A stretch of 64,000 nucleotides of DNA. It comes from a virus. Shown here piece after piece: positions 1-9,621 of the stretch (position 1 is the stretch's first letter; each line of letters begins with the position of its first letter). Both the position numbers and the translations under genes were made by a program. The stretch lies in IMG/VR virus record IMGVR_UViG_3300024294_000597; one strand, 5' to 3'. Below the pieces are notes generated by a model. That model searched no databases. It was not told where the DNA came from and was given only the letters and a program-made list of their open reading frames with translations.

Positions 1-256
1 TAAGGTATCGGTCTAAGACGAGAATCATCTTACCCGTTTGGTCAATCTTAAGATTGATACCAACTGAATTAGTATTTTTGATTACGTACTCTTTGAAATG
101 TGACTTTAGTATACCAGCACCAAATGATGTTAATCTAAAGTTCTTATCATTTTCAGAAGAACTAATGAAAATATCATTTGTACGAAACTCTTTACGGCCT
201 GCTTTTCGACCTTTAGTGTTATCATTCAGATACTTTATTAGTTCATCTTTTAACAT
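1..256 (-). CDS. Phage hypothetical protein, runs off the window start
   Basis: Hand translation from ATG at 256 gives MLKDELIKYLNDNTKGRKAG...FRLTSFGAGIL...LDRYL, open to position 1; not in the ORF track. Confidence 0.7.
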   Translation of the reverse strand, partial: MLKDELIKYLNDNTKGRKAGRKEFRTNDIFISSSENDKNFRLTSFGAGILKSHFKEYVIKNTNSVGINLKIDQTGKMILVLDRYL

Positions 257-263
257 TTAACAT

Positions 264-554
264 TTAGTCTAACTCAAGTTTTTCGCCCTTAGTCAAGACA
301 AAAACTTCAAAATCATCGCAACGAAATAAACTGTTTAGTCTCTGTGCCAGATTGATAGCATGTCCTGGATTAGAGAACGATACTTTTTTATATTTTGGTC
401 CTGGGAAATTAACTAATGAGTTCAAGCTACGTAGATTTATTGCTACTCCTTTGTGGAATACCGCATACACGGCATCTGCTTTTAGGACTTGCTCACTACG
501 ATATGTTTTGTTATCCGTATGCTCAAGTAGAATTGTAGGTTTAGGTCTTGCCAT
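264..554 (-). CDS. Conserved-looking phage hypothetical protein
   Basis: 96-aa ORF (MARPKPTILLE...GPKYKKVSFSNPGHA); AAGGA RBS and GATAAATA motif upstream. Confidence 0.75.
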   Translation of the reverse strand: MARPKPTILLEHTDNKTYRSEQVLKADAVYAVFHKGVAINLRSLNSLVNFPGPKYKKVSFSNPGHAINLAQRLNSLFRCDDFEVFVLTKGEKLELD

Positions 555-632
555 ATGAAATCCTTGTTAATTATTACTACATGTATTTATCAAAATCTCT
601 GAATATATATACGTAGTTAATGTATTTATACG

Positions 633-1895
633 TTACTTGCCTCGTGGTGTGTTCCTTTGGTCAAGCCAGCCTTGCAATTCTACTCTGTCTTTTTCAGTAA
701 GTATAAAACTAAATTCAAGTTCTTCGTACCCAGTAAATTCATCACCACGCTTAACTTTAAGTGTCATTGTTTCACCCGGAAACGAATGCAGACCTTCTTG
801 CATAATATTCATGGGTCCGTATACTTTTTTACCATTTATCTCTAAAAAGAAATCACCAGTACGCAATCCAGCTTCATAGGCTGATGAATCTTCATTATCA
901 TCCATGAATGCATACATCATATGCCTGTCCTCTCTAGGCAAATCTAACATTTCCATTTCTTTTAATTCTTCATATGTATATATTTTAAATGTAAAAGGAA
1001 GTTCGGCATATGGTACCCAATCAACTACGTCTGAAACATGAGTTTCTAAAATGTAATTCATTGCACGTTGGGCAATCTCAGATTGAACAGCTAATCCAAC
1101 ACCATCCCATCCTGGTATTGCTCTACCTGGTGACAAAATACTTAGTATAACACCTGCAACTTTGCCGTCTGTAGTTATAACAGGACCTCCACTATTGCCT
1201 TGATTGACAACTGCATCTACTTGTAGATGTAATGTATAAGGACCAGTACCAAATCTATTTACATATGTAATTGCACCTACACTCGCAGTATATGGTAAAG
1301 ACATTCCATGACCAATGACAACAACTGGATCACCTTCTGTTATATCTTTTCTGGAATCTTCTATAAATTCTAATGCTTCCCATTCTTCATTATCTTTCTT
1401 TTCAATTTTAATAACTGCAATATCGGCAACTGGATCAAACCCAATGATTTCACCGTCATACGGCCACCATTCAGTTGCAGTGTTTATTTGAAGTTTAAGA
1501 TTTAATGGAAGTTCTGATTTGCGTTCTATAACATGATAGTTTGTTACAATGTAAGCATGTTTATCTGTTACTTTGGCAAAGAAGCCCGTGCCCTGCCCGC
1601 CTAGATTTTGCACAAATGCATTATCTGATGGCATGAGTTTTACCTGTACGATACTCTTATAGCTACGGTTGATTGCGTGTTTAATGTCACGTTCACCATC
1701 GAATCCCTTGCCATTAAATACGACACCATTAAGGTCATACAGAAAATCACCTGTATCTCGTCCAAACTGGTCGTATGACCAGCCTATTCCTTTATGTATG
1801 GATTCTTGTATCTCTCTTACATATGAATTAGTAACAAATGAAAACACCACTGCCACTAATAATAACCCTGACCACTTTAACAACTTCTTCATCAT
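633..1895 (-). CDS. DegP/HtrA-family serine protease with PDZ domain
   Basis: N-terminal TM/signal; TNYHV, DIAV and GNSGGP catalytic-triad motifs; C-terminal PDZ-like AGLRTGD..LEINGK. Confidence 0.9.
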   Translation of the reverse strand: MMKKLLKWSGLLLVAVVFSFVTNSYVREIQESIHKGIGWSYDQFGRDTGDFLYDLNGVVFNGKGFDGERDIKHAINRSYKSIVQVKLMPSDNAFVQNLGGQGTGFFAKVTDKHAYIVTNYHVIERKSELPLNLKLQINTATEWWPYDGEIIGFDPVADIAVIKIEKKDNEEWEALEFIEDSRKDITEGDPVVVIGHGMSLPYTASVGAITYVNRFGTGPYTLHLQVDAVVNQGNSGGPVITTDGKVAGVILSILSPGRAIPGWDGVGLAVQSEIAQRAMNYILETHVSDVVDWVPYAELPFTFKIYTYEELKEMEMLDLPREDRHMMYAFMDDNEDSSAYEAGLRTGDFFLEINGKKVYGPMNIMQEGLHSFPGETMTLKVKRGDEFTGYEELEFSFILTEKDRVELQGWLDQRNTPRGK

Positions 1896-1919
1896 TAGAA
1901 TCATAAAGATTCTCCTTTA

Positions 1920-2108
1920 TTATGATTGGAATTGTCCTCCGTCTAGTGTTATGTTCTTATCCTTATCACTCTCTTTTAATTCTAGTAGAAGTTGTGCTAA
2001 CTCACTTTCAACGCCGTTTGCAATGTCTATTGACAAACGAATACTTGTCTCGCCTCGTAAATTTGCCCTATTTACAATAGCAATGAAATCTTTTAAGTTT
2101 TTATACAT
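1920..2108 (-). CDS. Hypothetical protein
   Basis: 62-aa ORF coupled to the upstream gene; ends LDGGQF. Confidence 0.65.
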   Translation of the reverse strand: MYKNLKDFIAIVNRANLRGETSIRLSIDIANGVESELAQLLLELKESDKDKNITLDGGQFQS

Positions 2109-2602
2109 TAATCTTGTTTACTAGCCTTTAGTACCTCTGCCTCAAGTTCTGATTTGGTCTTGAACGGACCGACGAATTCATAATTATCCAATGTTTCTAG
2201 TTTGACACAGTAAGTATTTCTCCATACTCCGCTAAAATGTAATCCATAATAACCAGCCGCATAAAATGTCTTACTAGTGTCACTTTTTGTATACACAGGT
2301 ATCTGTTTTCCTTGAACAGTTTGCATACCTGAGTTACATGCCTTGTGTTTACACGGATAACCTTCAACTTCGTCTAGTGCCTTTCCGTACTCTACACTTT
2401 CAATCTTCTTAACAAGTTTTGGTGTGAGGATAGTTTTGCCATATTTTGTAGTTAGAGCATCGAGGTCTAGGTAGTCAACACCTTTGTTCCTCGTGATTAC
2501 TTCAAAGTTAGCATCACTGTCCCCTTTCCTAATAGTGCCAAGTTTAACACCAGCATCTTCTAGGATCCAAAACTTATCTTTTATAATTTCTGTTGTATAC
2601 AT
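2108..2602 (-). CDS. Phage hypothetical protein
   Basis: 164-aa ORF with late-type motif upstream. Confidence 0.75.
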   Translation of the reverse strand: MYTTEIIKDKFWILEDAGVKLGTIRKGDSDANFEVITRNKGVDYLDLDALTTKYGKTILTPKLVKKIESVEYGKALDEVEGYPCKHKACNSGMQTVQGKQIPVYTKSDTSKTFYAAGYYGLHFSGVWRNTYCVKLETLDNYEFVGPFKTKSELEAEVLKASKQD

Positions 2603-2678
2603 ATAATACCCATTGAAACCATTTGTACAAAGAGTTAACTTCGTACAAATGTATTTATCCTTTTCGTCTGTTCATTTT

Positions 2679-3650
2679 TTATTTTTCGTTGATTTGACGT
2701 TCAAATTCTCTTAAACGTTTGAATACACTCATTAACTCAATAAGTGTTGGCCATGCTTTAAATAGATATTGAAGTGAGCCTTCTACTCTACCAAATGCAC
2801 GAATAATCTGTTGCATTACACCAAGTGTTACAACGCCTGCTACAATAGCCGGTGCTAAGAACACATAAGCACTTAGTACGTTTGCTTGTAAGTATGTAAT
2901 ACGTCCTACATTAAAATACAAATAACGCAAGTAAGATTTAAAGTGAATACTACGAACGCCATCAAACAATTCGTTAATAGTCTTTGGTCTCACAGTTTCA
3001 TCATCTTCTGCAATAACTAATATCTTTCGATATGCGGCTTCTTTCTTTTGTAAGTCATATTCAACTCCTACTAATCGTAGTAACCAACCTAGTCCAATTA
3101 AGAATAGTGTACCACCTACTGACCAAACAATAGCACCTGTAATCAATCCATATTGCCAATCTCCAAAGAAGAAGATAGGAATACCTACTGATAAACCAAA
3201 TAGAATAGGAACGAACTGAACTAGAACCATAATCGATTCAATAAAACTTGTACCTAGTCCTTCCATAATACGACTAAACTTAATAGTATCTTCTTGTACC
3301 CTTTGTGCGGCACCTTCAATAGTTCTTGCTTTATCATATACTGAATGATACCATTCAACCATTGCCGTACGCCATCTAAACAAATAGTGTGCTGTAAAGT
3401 AACTTACTAGCACTGCAATAGCAACATATATCATTGCTAGATAGATAAACGTTCCTAAGCTGGCCCAATATTCACCTATAGTGATTGCATTAGGTGTTGC
3501 TAAAGCCGTTTGAATCATATCATAAAACTGACCAAACCATTCGTTAATCTTAACATCAATCTCAACTTGTATCCAGAGTGATGATAAGATTAATGCTGAC
3601 CCTAACCAGGCCCATAAGGACCATTTCTTTTCTGTAAAAAATCTAAACAT
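2679..3650 (-). CDS. sbmA: SbmA/BacA-like peptide transporter
   Basis: Multi-TM; INEWFGQFYD, FRWRTAM, EGAAQRVQED, AFGRVEGSLQYL, WPTLIELMSVFKRL motifs. Confidence 0.85.
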   Translation of the reverse strand: MFRFFTEKKWSLWAWLGSALILSSLWIQVEIDVKINEWFGQFYDMIQTALATPNAITIGEYWASLGTFIYLAMIYVAIAVLVSYFTAHYLFRWRTAMVEWYHSVYDKARTIEGAAQRVQEDTIKFSRIMEGLGTSFIESIMVLVQFVPILFGLSVGIPIFFFGDWQYGLITGAIVWSVGGTLFLIGLGWLLRLVGVEYDLQKKEAAYRKILVIAEDDETVRPKTINELFDGVRSIHFKSYLRYLYFNVGRITYLQANVLSAYVFLAPAIVAGVVTLGVMQQIIRAFGRVEGSLQYLFKAWPTLIELMSVFKRLREFERQINEK

Positions 3651-4404
3651 TTTCTTTTCCTTTTAATATTTCCCAAGTATCTTTATAGCTTTCTACTTGA
3701 TAACTCTTTCCATTTACCAATAGCTTCACTGCTTCTGATATATCATAATCGTTACCACCATGCATAGTCTTATCACCTATAAAGATAATTTCATCTAAAT
3801 CATTAAAATCTTTAATGATTTGCTGTTTTCCTTTACCTACTGGCATAATATCTAGCCCTGTCTCACCGGCTACTTGGGCTACTACTTTCTCTGAAACCAT
3901 AAAATTATCGTTGAATTTCTTTGCGATAGTCCAACGTTCTTTTGTTTCAGTGTCATACTTTACGTATTCTTCTCTTTGTTCCGTTGTTGCACCCCTGCCA
4001 ACAACACTAAAATTCATTAGACCTGGCCTTGCATCAAAATGATTACCAGTTCTAGTAGTAAATTCACTTTGGAATAACTCTCTATCCAAAAACAACTGAG
4101 GTACTTTTGCTAATACCCAATCGTTGTTATATATGTTGATGCCGTTTTCCCATACTGAATTACCGCTACAATTATATACTCTTTCTACTGAGTTAAATAA
4201 GTCTTGTCCTATTTGTTCAATAGTTTTTGGTGCATCACTTCCTGTGGCTAAGTATACTTTATTTTCTTTTATGAATTCATTGAAAAATTCTAGGAACTCT
4301 GGATCTATTTTACCCCTACTTGGTGTTAAGGTTCCATCAACATCAAATATGTATTTGCGGTTCATGTTCTTGAATGCCTCAATATCTTCATTAGTTATAT
4401 TCAT
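3643..4404 (-). CDS. HAD-IIB phosphomannomutase-like enzyme
   Basis: FDVDGTLT and FIGDKTMHGGNDY motifs of eukaryotic-type PMM. Confidence 0.8.
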   Translation of the reverse strand: MNITNEDIEAFKNMNRKYIFDVDGTLTPSRGKIDPEFLEFFNEFIKENKVYLATGSDAPKTIEQIGQDLFNSVERVYNCSGNSVWENGINIYNNDWVLAKVPQLFLDRELFQSEFTTRTGNHFDARPGLMNFSVVGRGATTEQREEYVKYDTETKERWTIAKKFNDNFMVSEKVVAQVAGETGLDIMPVGKGKQQIIKDFNDLDEIIFIGDKTMHGGNDYDISEAVKLLVNGKSYQVESYKDTWEILKGKENV

Positions 4405-4408
4405 TATA

Positions 4409-5410
4409 TTATCCGTGAGGATATGATTTGTTTAAGATAGCGGCCATTTCATCAGGCGCTTTAGATAAGTTCTGTAAGTCCCACACCCCACACCACTTTA
4501 GAAAGTTAACACCGACGCCATTGATATTCTTAGGCTTACTTGCTTCTGCTATAGTCTCTACAAAATCTACTTTTAACTCTGTAGGCTGTGCAGTCAAGTC
4601 AATAAGTTTTACATTGCGTTCATAGTCTTCACGTACTGTATGCTCATCACCATGATGGTCAGTCCATTTCTGTAACATGAAGTTATTCCAATTAAAACCG
4701 CCTGTTGCTTTATCTTCAAATGCTTCAATCATACCTGTCTTATTGCGTGAACCCTTTTTACGTACACCAGGGTATGCACTAAAGATATTATCCGATGTAT
4801 CACCACGAATACACTTCTCAAACAGTAACCACTCAGGGTCTGGAGCAGGGAGAAGTTCTTTAGTCTTTTTGTCTTTCATTGGTGTCATGTTCTTATCATC
4901 TTTGAAGAAGCCTTCTTTAGTAATGATACGATTTTGTACACCATCATAAATCTTTACATTGTCTGTGACTAGTTGCATGTAATCACTGTCACTTGATACG
5001 ATAATATGCTCATCGTCTGGATGTGATTCAATAAACAAAGCAATCATATCATCTGCTTCTGCTTGTTTATTATGTAACATAGTACAATTAGTCTTTTTAT
5101 CTAAGAAACCAATCATATCATCATACGCATCAAACATGATTTGATTTTCTTCTTGCTCACGTACTGATAATGACTCACGTGCAATCTTGCGATTAGCTTT
5201 ATATGGCGTGTAAAAGTCTTTACGCCAACTACGTCCTTCTAAACAAAATACTGCATGGTCGGCATTGAATTTGTTATAACACATTTTGACGCTTGACATC
5301 ATAATGTGAAAAGCCATACCGATTTTCATATCGACATTAGCACCACGCATTGCCACGTGTTTTGCTCTATGATACATGTTGAAACTATCAACAAGAATAA
5401 ATGTAGCCAT
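4409..5410 (-). CDS. rnh: T4 RNase H-like 5'-3' exonuclease
   Basis: LVDSFN, YKANR, EADD, SSDSDYMQL and GDTSDNI (H3TH) motifs. Confidence 0.9.
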   Translation of the reverse strand: MATFILVDSFNMYHRAKHVAMRGANVDMKIGMAFHIMMSSVKMCYNKFNADHAVFCLEGRSWRKDFYTPYKANRKIARESLSVREQEENQIMFDAYDDMIGFLDKKTNCTMLHNKQAEADDMIALFIESHPDDEHIIVSSDSDYMQLVTDNVKIYDGVQNRIITKEGFFKDDKNMTPMKDKKTKELLPAPDPEWLLFEKCIRGDTSDNIFSAYPGVRKKGSRNKTGMIEAFEDKATGGFNWNNFMLQKWTDHHGDEHTVREDYERNVKLIDLTAQPTELKVDFVETIAEASKPKNINGVGVNFLKWCGVWDLQNLSKAPDEMAAILNKSYPHG

Positions 5411-5442
5411 TAGTAGATCCTCTTAGTTTTATATACAGTACT

Positions 5443-5471
5443 AGAATAACACACTTTGTGTTACTTGTCAA
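5443..5471 (-). promoter_or_regulatory. sigma70-type promoter for rnh
   Basis: TTGACA-N17-TATTCT on the minus strand. Confidence 0.7.
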
Positions 5472-5932
5472 GAATATTCGGCAGTGTCATCACCGGTTTT
5501 TAGTCTTTGAATGATTACACCATCTTTACTTTTAGTGTCTGCACTTTTAGTGGTACCTTCATCATCTTCAAGTCCTTCCATTACAATGTTCTTACATAAA
5601 TCATTGAACCAGTTGTCAACAATAGTATCATTGTCAGAACCTTCATAGCCATTATTAGCAAGATACTCTACAAAGTCTTCGTTAAAGTCAATCTCAAAGA
5701 AACCTGAACCGGGTTTATTAAGTTCAAGTTCCATCTTTAATACTTTAACCCAAGGCTCTCCTTTTAAAGTAGCAACTTTTTTATCATGGTCATCGTTTGT
5801 AATATGGCCATATTTTAAATCAAGTCCAGCTAACGCAATGTCACGTTCTTTTTCGTTACTTAATTTTTTCGCTTGTATTCTATCAGTTTCTTCTTCTGAC
5901 TTGAACCAAGTGTTTGGTTTCATTATATCCAT
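5468..5932 (-). CDS. Phage hypothetical protein
   Basis: 154-aa ORF (ATLKGEPWV...GFFEIDFNEDFV...WFNDLC). Confidence 0.75.
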   Translation of the reverse strand: MDIMKPNTWFKSEEETDRIQAKKLSNEKERDIALAGLDLKYGHITNDDHDKKVATLKGEPWVKVLKMELELNKPGSGFFEIDFNEDFVEYLANNGYEGSDNDTIVDNWFNDLCKNIVMEGLEDDEGTTKSADTKSKDGVIIQRLKTGDDTAEYS

Positions 5933-5937
5933 AATTA

Positions 5938-6276
5938 TTATCCTTTCAATTCAGGCACTGCCTGTATTAATTCGTCAATCCCTCCCTTGATATAAAGCAT
6001 ATTCTTATATCCATTATTCTTAAGATACTTTGTTACTTGTTCTGACTTTGTACTGTCTTGGCATAAAATCAAACACACAATATGTGTAGGCGCCATTTCA
6101 ATTTGGTCAGGTATTTCATACATTGAAATATTAAACGTTTGTTTAACAACTCCTGCACTTTTACGTTCTTCTGTATCTCTGATATCGACAAGAATATAAT
6201 CTTGTTTCTCATACCATTCATCAACGAATTCTGTAACTGTAATTCCTAAAATTTCTTCATTAGTTTTATAAAACAT
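5938..6276 (-). CDS. Rhodanese-like domain protein
   Basis: LVDIR..EE, loop Cys (LCQDSTKS), GY..MLYIKGG. Confidence 0.75.
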   Translation of the reverse strand: MFYKTNEEILGITVTEFVDEWYEKQDYILVDIRDTEERKSAGVVKQTFNISMYEIPDQIEMAPTHIVCLILCQDSTKSEQVTKYLKNNGYKNMLYIKGGIDELIQAVPELKG

Positions 6277-6279
6277 ATT

Positions 6280-7425
6280 TTAGCATCCTCTATTGATTTC
6301 GGCTTCTAGTGCATCCGCATCTTCGTTCTGTACGCCGTTCCACCCTATTTGTTCCCATGGGACATTCTTGTCACCAAAGTGTCCATATGTACAGTTCTCA
6401 CTATACTTATAAAAATTAAATAAATCAAATCTATCAATGATACCTTTAGGTGTCAAGTCGATATTGTTTCTAATAAACTTTTGAATTGAACGATTATGCC
6501 CGTTACTATCAACATAGATACTAGTTGGTTCCTTAACACCAATAGCATAGCTTAATTGTATATTACACCAATCTGCCATGTTATCTGCTACAATATTCTT
6601 TGCTAACCATCTTGCCATATAAGCCGCTGACCTATCTACTTTCGTAGGATCTTTTCCACTAAAAGCACCCCCACCGTGAGGAGCAAAACCCCCATAGGTA
6701 TCCACGATAATTTTGCGTCCGGTGAGTCCTGTATCACCATCAGGGCCACCAATAACAAACTTGCCAGTAGGATTGATATGCCATATAGTATCTTTATCAA
6801 TTAAATCTCCCATTACATTATTAACTGCTTCACCAACTGTGCTTTTAAGAAGTTGCTCAGAACCCTCAGTATGTTGTGTACTTACAACAATCTGGTCAGC
6901 ACGTTTTACTTTACCACCTTCATATTGTAAACTTACTTGTGATTTCGCATCTGGTAATAGAAATTTATAAGCAGTATTTCGTTTCTCTTTGAGGTCTTTA
7001 AGTATCTCATGTGCGTAATGTATCGGAGCAGGCATCATACTATCTGTGTGGTTACATGCATATCCGAACATCAACCCTTGGTCACCAGCACCGAAATCAT
7101 CAGTACCTAGTCCAATGTCTCCACTCTGTGAATGAATTTCATTATAAATTTTTAATTTATTCCAATGAAATCCCATTTGTTCATATCCAATTTCTTTAAC
7201 TTTATTACGTATAATACGTTCAACAGTCGCATCTGTTAGATTAAAGTTTTTTACTTCGCCCGCTACCGTTACATGGTTGGTGGTTACAAGTGTCTCAATG
7301 GCTACACGTGTTGTTTCATCACCCTTCTCAAGTCCAGCGTCAACTAGTGCATCACTAATTTGGTCTGCTACTTTATCTGGGTGCCCATCACTGACACTCT
7401 CGCTTGTAAAAATATAGTTATTCAT
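6280..7425 (-). CDS. metK: S-adenosylmethionine synthetase
   Basis: FTSESVSDGHPDK, GAGDQG and GGGAFSGKDPTKVDRS signatures. Confidence 0.97.
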   Translation of the reverse strand: MNNYIFTSESVSDGHPDKVADQISDALVDAGLEKGDETTRVAIETLVTTNHVTVAGEVKNFNLTDATVERIIRNKVKEIGYEQMGFHWNKLKIYNEIHSQSGDIGLGTDDFGAGDQGLMFGYACNHTDSMMPAPIHYAHEILKDLKEKRNTAYKFLLPDAKSQVSLQYEGGKVKRADQIVVSTQHTEGSEQLLKSTVGEAVNNVMGDLIDKDTIWHINPTGKFVIGGPDGDTGLTGRKIIVDTYGGFAPHGGGAFSGKDPTKVDRSAAYMARWLAKNIVADNMADWCNIQLSYAIGVKEPTSIYVDSNGHNRSIQKFIRNNIDLTPKGIIDRFDLFNFYKYSENCTYGHFGDKNVPWEQIGWNGVQNEDADALEAEINRGC

Positions 7426-7525
7426 TTTAACTCCTTATTAATATCCAGCTTCCCGAATTCTTTGTTCAAGTCCTGTTTTGTCTTTGACTTCATAATCTTC
7501 ATCATGCCTTGAGGCAGTACCATCA

Positions 7526-8464
7526 TCATGTGCCCCATGCATTTCCGAATAAGTTGATGTGTAATCTGGGCGTGAAACGCCACCCTTTCTCCATGCAAAG
7601 TTGGGCCACCTGCTTGACTGTAAAATCATATCCTTCACTTCTACCGCCCATTGGCATACAATAGACAGGGCACTCAACGCCCGCTTTCCTGTATAGTTCA
7701 ACAGCTTTATGCACTTCATCAACATCAATAGCATCAGCAACAACAAATTTGAGATAGATATCGCTACCATCAACAAGAGCATACTCATGAGCCACATCAG
7801 GCTTAATAGCAGTATCCCAAGATTCTCCAGAAACGGATAGCTTAGGCGAACAACTCCATGTGACTTTAATGCGGTCATTGTCTGTGAGATAGTCAAATAA
7901 CTCGTTGTGTAATGCTTGTGTAGTGTTTGTTTCAAATGTGACATTTTTTAAGTCCTTCATACGTGGATGTTCGAATAGTTCTACGTACAATCGTTGCCAC
8001 GCCAACAACGGTTCGCCTCCTGTTAAAATTAAATGAATGTCTTGTCCATTGTCTTGAGTCCATTTTCCTTCTGGAGTAAGCGATAATAGATGCTCTACTA
8101 CTTCATCAATAGTTTTGTCCATCACTAAATGCTTAAACTCTGGATAGATACTTGCATAAGTGTCACATCCTGTATGTATGATGGGTAAGTCTTCAAATTT
8201 CTTTGTAGTTTCATGTACACCATCTTTAATTAATTGTTCTACTTCTGGATTATAACGTGTCTTCTCTCTGCCTCGCTCAAGACCAAAGTTTTGACAACGT
8301 AAATTACAGCCGAAGGTTCGTAGGAATACACTAGGTACTCCTACAAACTTGCCTTCGCCTTGTACAGAATAAAATGCTTCTGAATATCTCAATTTCATAG
8401 CTGACTTTTTGTTAACTGCTTCGTAAGAAGGATAACCTTTTTCAAATACAGGTGCGCCTATCAT
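7526..8464 (-). CDS. queE: 7-carboxy-7-deazaguanine synthase (radical SAM)
   Basis: EAFYSVQGEG, FLRTFGCNLRC...CDT, TGGEPL, SPKL, PRLH motifs; the start may be at the internal MKLRY. Confidence 0.9.
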   Translation of the reverse strand: MIGAPVFEKGYPSYEAVNKKSAMKLRYSEAFYSVQGEGKFVGVPSVFLRTFGCNLRCQNFGLERGREKTRYNPEVEQLIKDGVHETTKKFEDLPIIHTGCDTYASIYPEFKHLVMDKTIDEVVEHLLSLTPEGKWTQDNGQDIHLILTGGEPLLAWQRLYVELFEHPRMKDLKNVTFETNTTQALHNELFDYLTDNDRIKVTWSCSPKLSVSGESWDTAIKPDVAHEYALVDGSDIYLKFVVADAIDVDEVHKAVELYRKAGVECPVYCMPMGGRSEGYDFTVKQVAQLCMEKGWRFTPRLHINLFGNAWGT

Positions 8465-9162
8465 CTTGGTGCAAACTCCTGTTGTAGTTTAATGTTATCC
8501 ATAAATTCTGTTTTTACATGTGCATTCTCAAAAAAAGAACCTTTGAGAACAGTTGTTTGTGTAAGACTACTATGAGCCATTATACCTCTATTCTCACAAC
8601 AACCATGTGTTGCTTGAATATACACACCTACATCATCTGAGCCTGTAACTTTACGAATTTCTCTGTTTATGTCCATTGCTAGTTCTTCTTGTAGTGTACC
8701 ACGCCTTGCACACCATTGTGCAATACGAGTATACTTGCTTAGACCAATAAGTTTGTCTGCGGCAATGATACCAATGTATGCAACACCTTTAACAGGTTGA
8801 TGATGATGTGAACAGACACTTGTTAGTTCCGAGCGAACAACAAGCATACCTTCATACTTGTCACCTGTTACATTATCTGGTTCATTAGGAAATGCAGTTG
8901 CAGGAGGGGGTAATTCATACCTACCTGCCATGAGTTCGTTGATATACATTTTAGCTAAACGTCTACCTGTATCCATTGAATTTGGATCAGTTTTTCTGTC
9001 TATTACTAAACTGTCTAATACGCCTTCAAACTTTTCAGTGAGTTCGTCTATAAGATTTTCTTTATCACCTTTTTCGATAATATCTGATATATTATCTCCT
9101 GCCCAATAACGAGCGCCCGAGGCATCTAATCGTGCCTTTAATATTTCGGAAGTCTTTTTCAT
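8461..9162 (-). CDS. folE: GTP cyclohydrolase I
   Basis: CSHHHQP, IGLSKYTR, LQEEL and HGCCENRG motifs. Confidence 0.95.
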   Translation of the reverse strand: MKKTSEILKARLDASGARYWAGDNISDIIEKGDKENLIDELTEKFEGVLDSLVIDRKTDPNSMDTGRRLAKMYINELMAGRYELPPPATAFPNEPDNVTGDKYEGMLVVRSELTSVCSHHHQPVKGVAYIGIIAADKLIGLSKYTRIAQWCARRGTLQEELAMDINREIRKVTGSDDVGVYIQATHGCCENRGIMAHSSLTQTTVLKGSFFENAHVKTEFMDNIKLQQEFAPR

Positions 9163-9224
9163 TTATACTATGTTCCTTATCTATATTGTTGTGTATGGTG
9201 GAAAACCCACCCATATACAATACT

Positions 9225-9253
9225 ATTATATACGAGTGGGTCTGTAATGTCAA
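9225..9253 (-). promoter_or_regulatory. Consensus sigma70 promoter for folE-queE-metK
   Basis: TTGACA-N17-TATAAT. Confidence 0.8.
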
Positions 9254-9271
9254 TAGCTAATTTAAAATAAA

Positions 9272-9574
9272 TTAATATTGATATGGTTCGTCATTATATC
9301 CAAGTCCAGTTCTAGCTGTTTCTGTGATAGAACCCATGTCTTGTGTATCAACTACAACCAAGTCATTAACTGTTGAAAGATTAACATAACCTCTTGTGGC
9401 TGATGTTGAGCCTAAAGCGTCACCTCTATGTGTTGCACCAGATGTTGGTAAGTCTTGCGTTGATTCCGTAATATTACCAAAGTCTGCCATTTCACGCATA
9501 TCGATTGAACGTCTTACTTTAACCTTTGGACCAAGCCCTGTGTTATTCATAATCAGTGTTCTATATCTTGCCAT
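9272..9574 (-). CDS. Small late protein with two D[FM]G[NS]ITE motifs, possibly structural
   Basis: ATG at 9574 (MARYRT) after GGAG RBS; CATAAATA at 9626-9633. Confidence 0.65.
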   Translation of the reverse strand: MARYRTLIMNNTGLGPKVKVRRSIDMREMADFGNITESTQDLPTSGATHRGDALGSTSATRGYVNLSTVNDLVVVDTQDMGSITETARTGLGYNDEPYQY

Positions 9575-9589
9575 GTTGTATTCTCCCAT

Positions 9590-9621
9590 AAAAGTGATAG
9601 CGAGTGGGAGACCCACTATCA
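9590..9621 (-). terminator. Hairpin at the glycosyltransferase stop; terminator or leader stem
   Basis: TGATAGTGGGT-CTCCC-ACTCGCTATCA followed by CTTTT. Confidence 0.5.

Noticed and set aside
7438-7944. 168-aa minus-strand ORF overlapping queE
   Set aside because: Alternate frame inside a well-supported gene. Only its last approximately 30 codons after the queE stop could be a real peptide, and this is unsupported.
9165-9224. preQ1 riboswitch in the folE leader
   Set aside because: A hairpin is present, but it lacks the preQ1-I loop consensus and A-rich tail.
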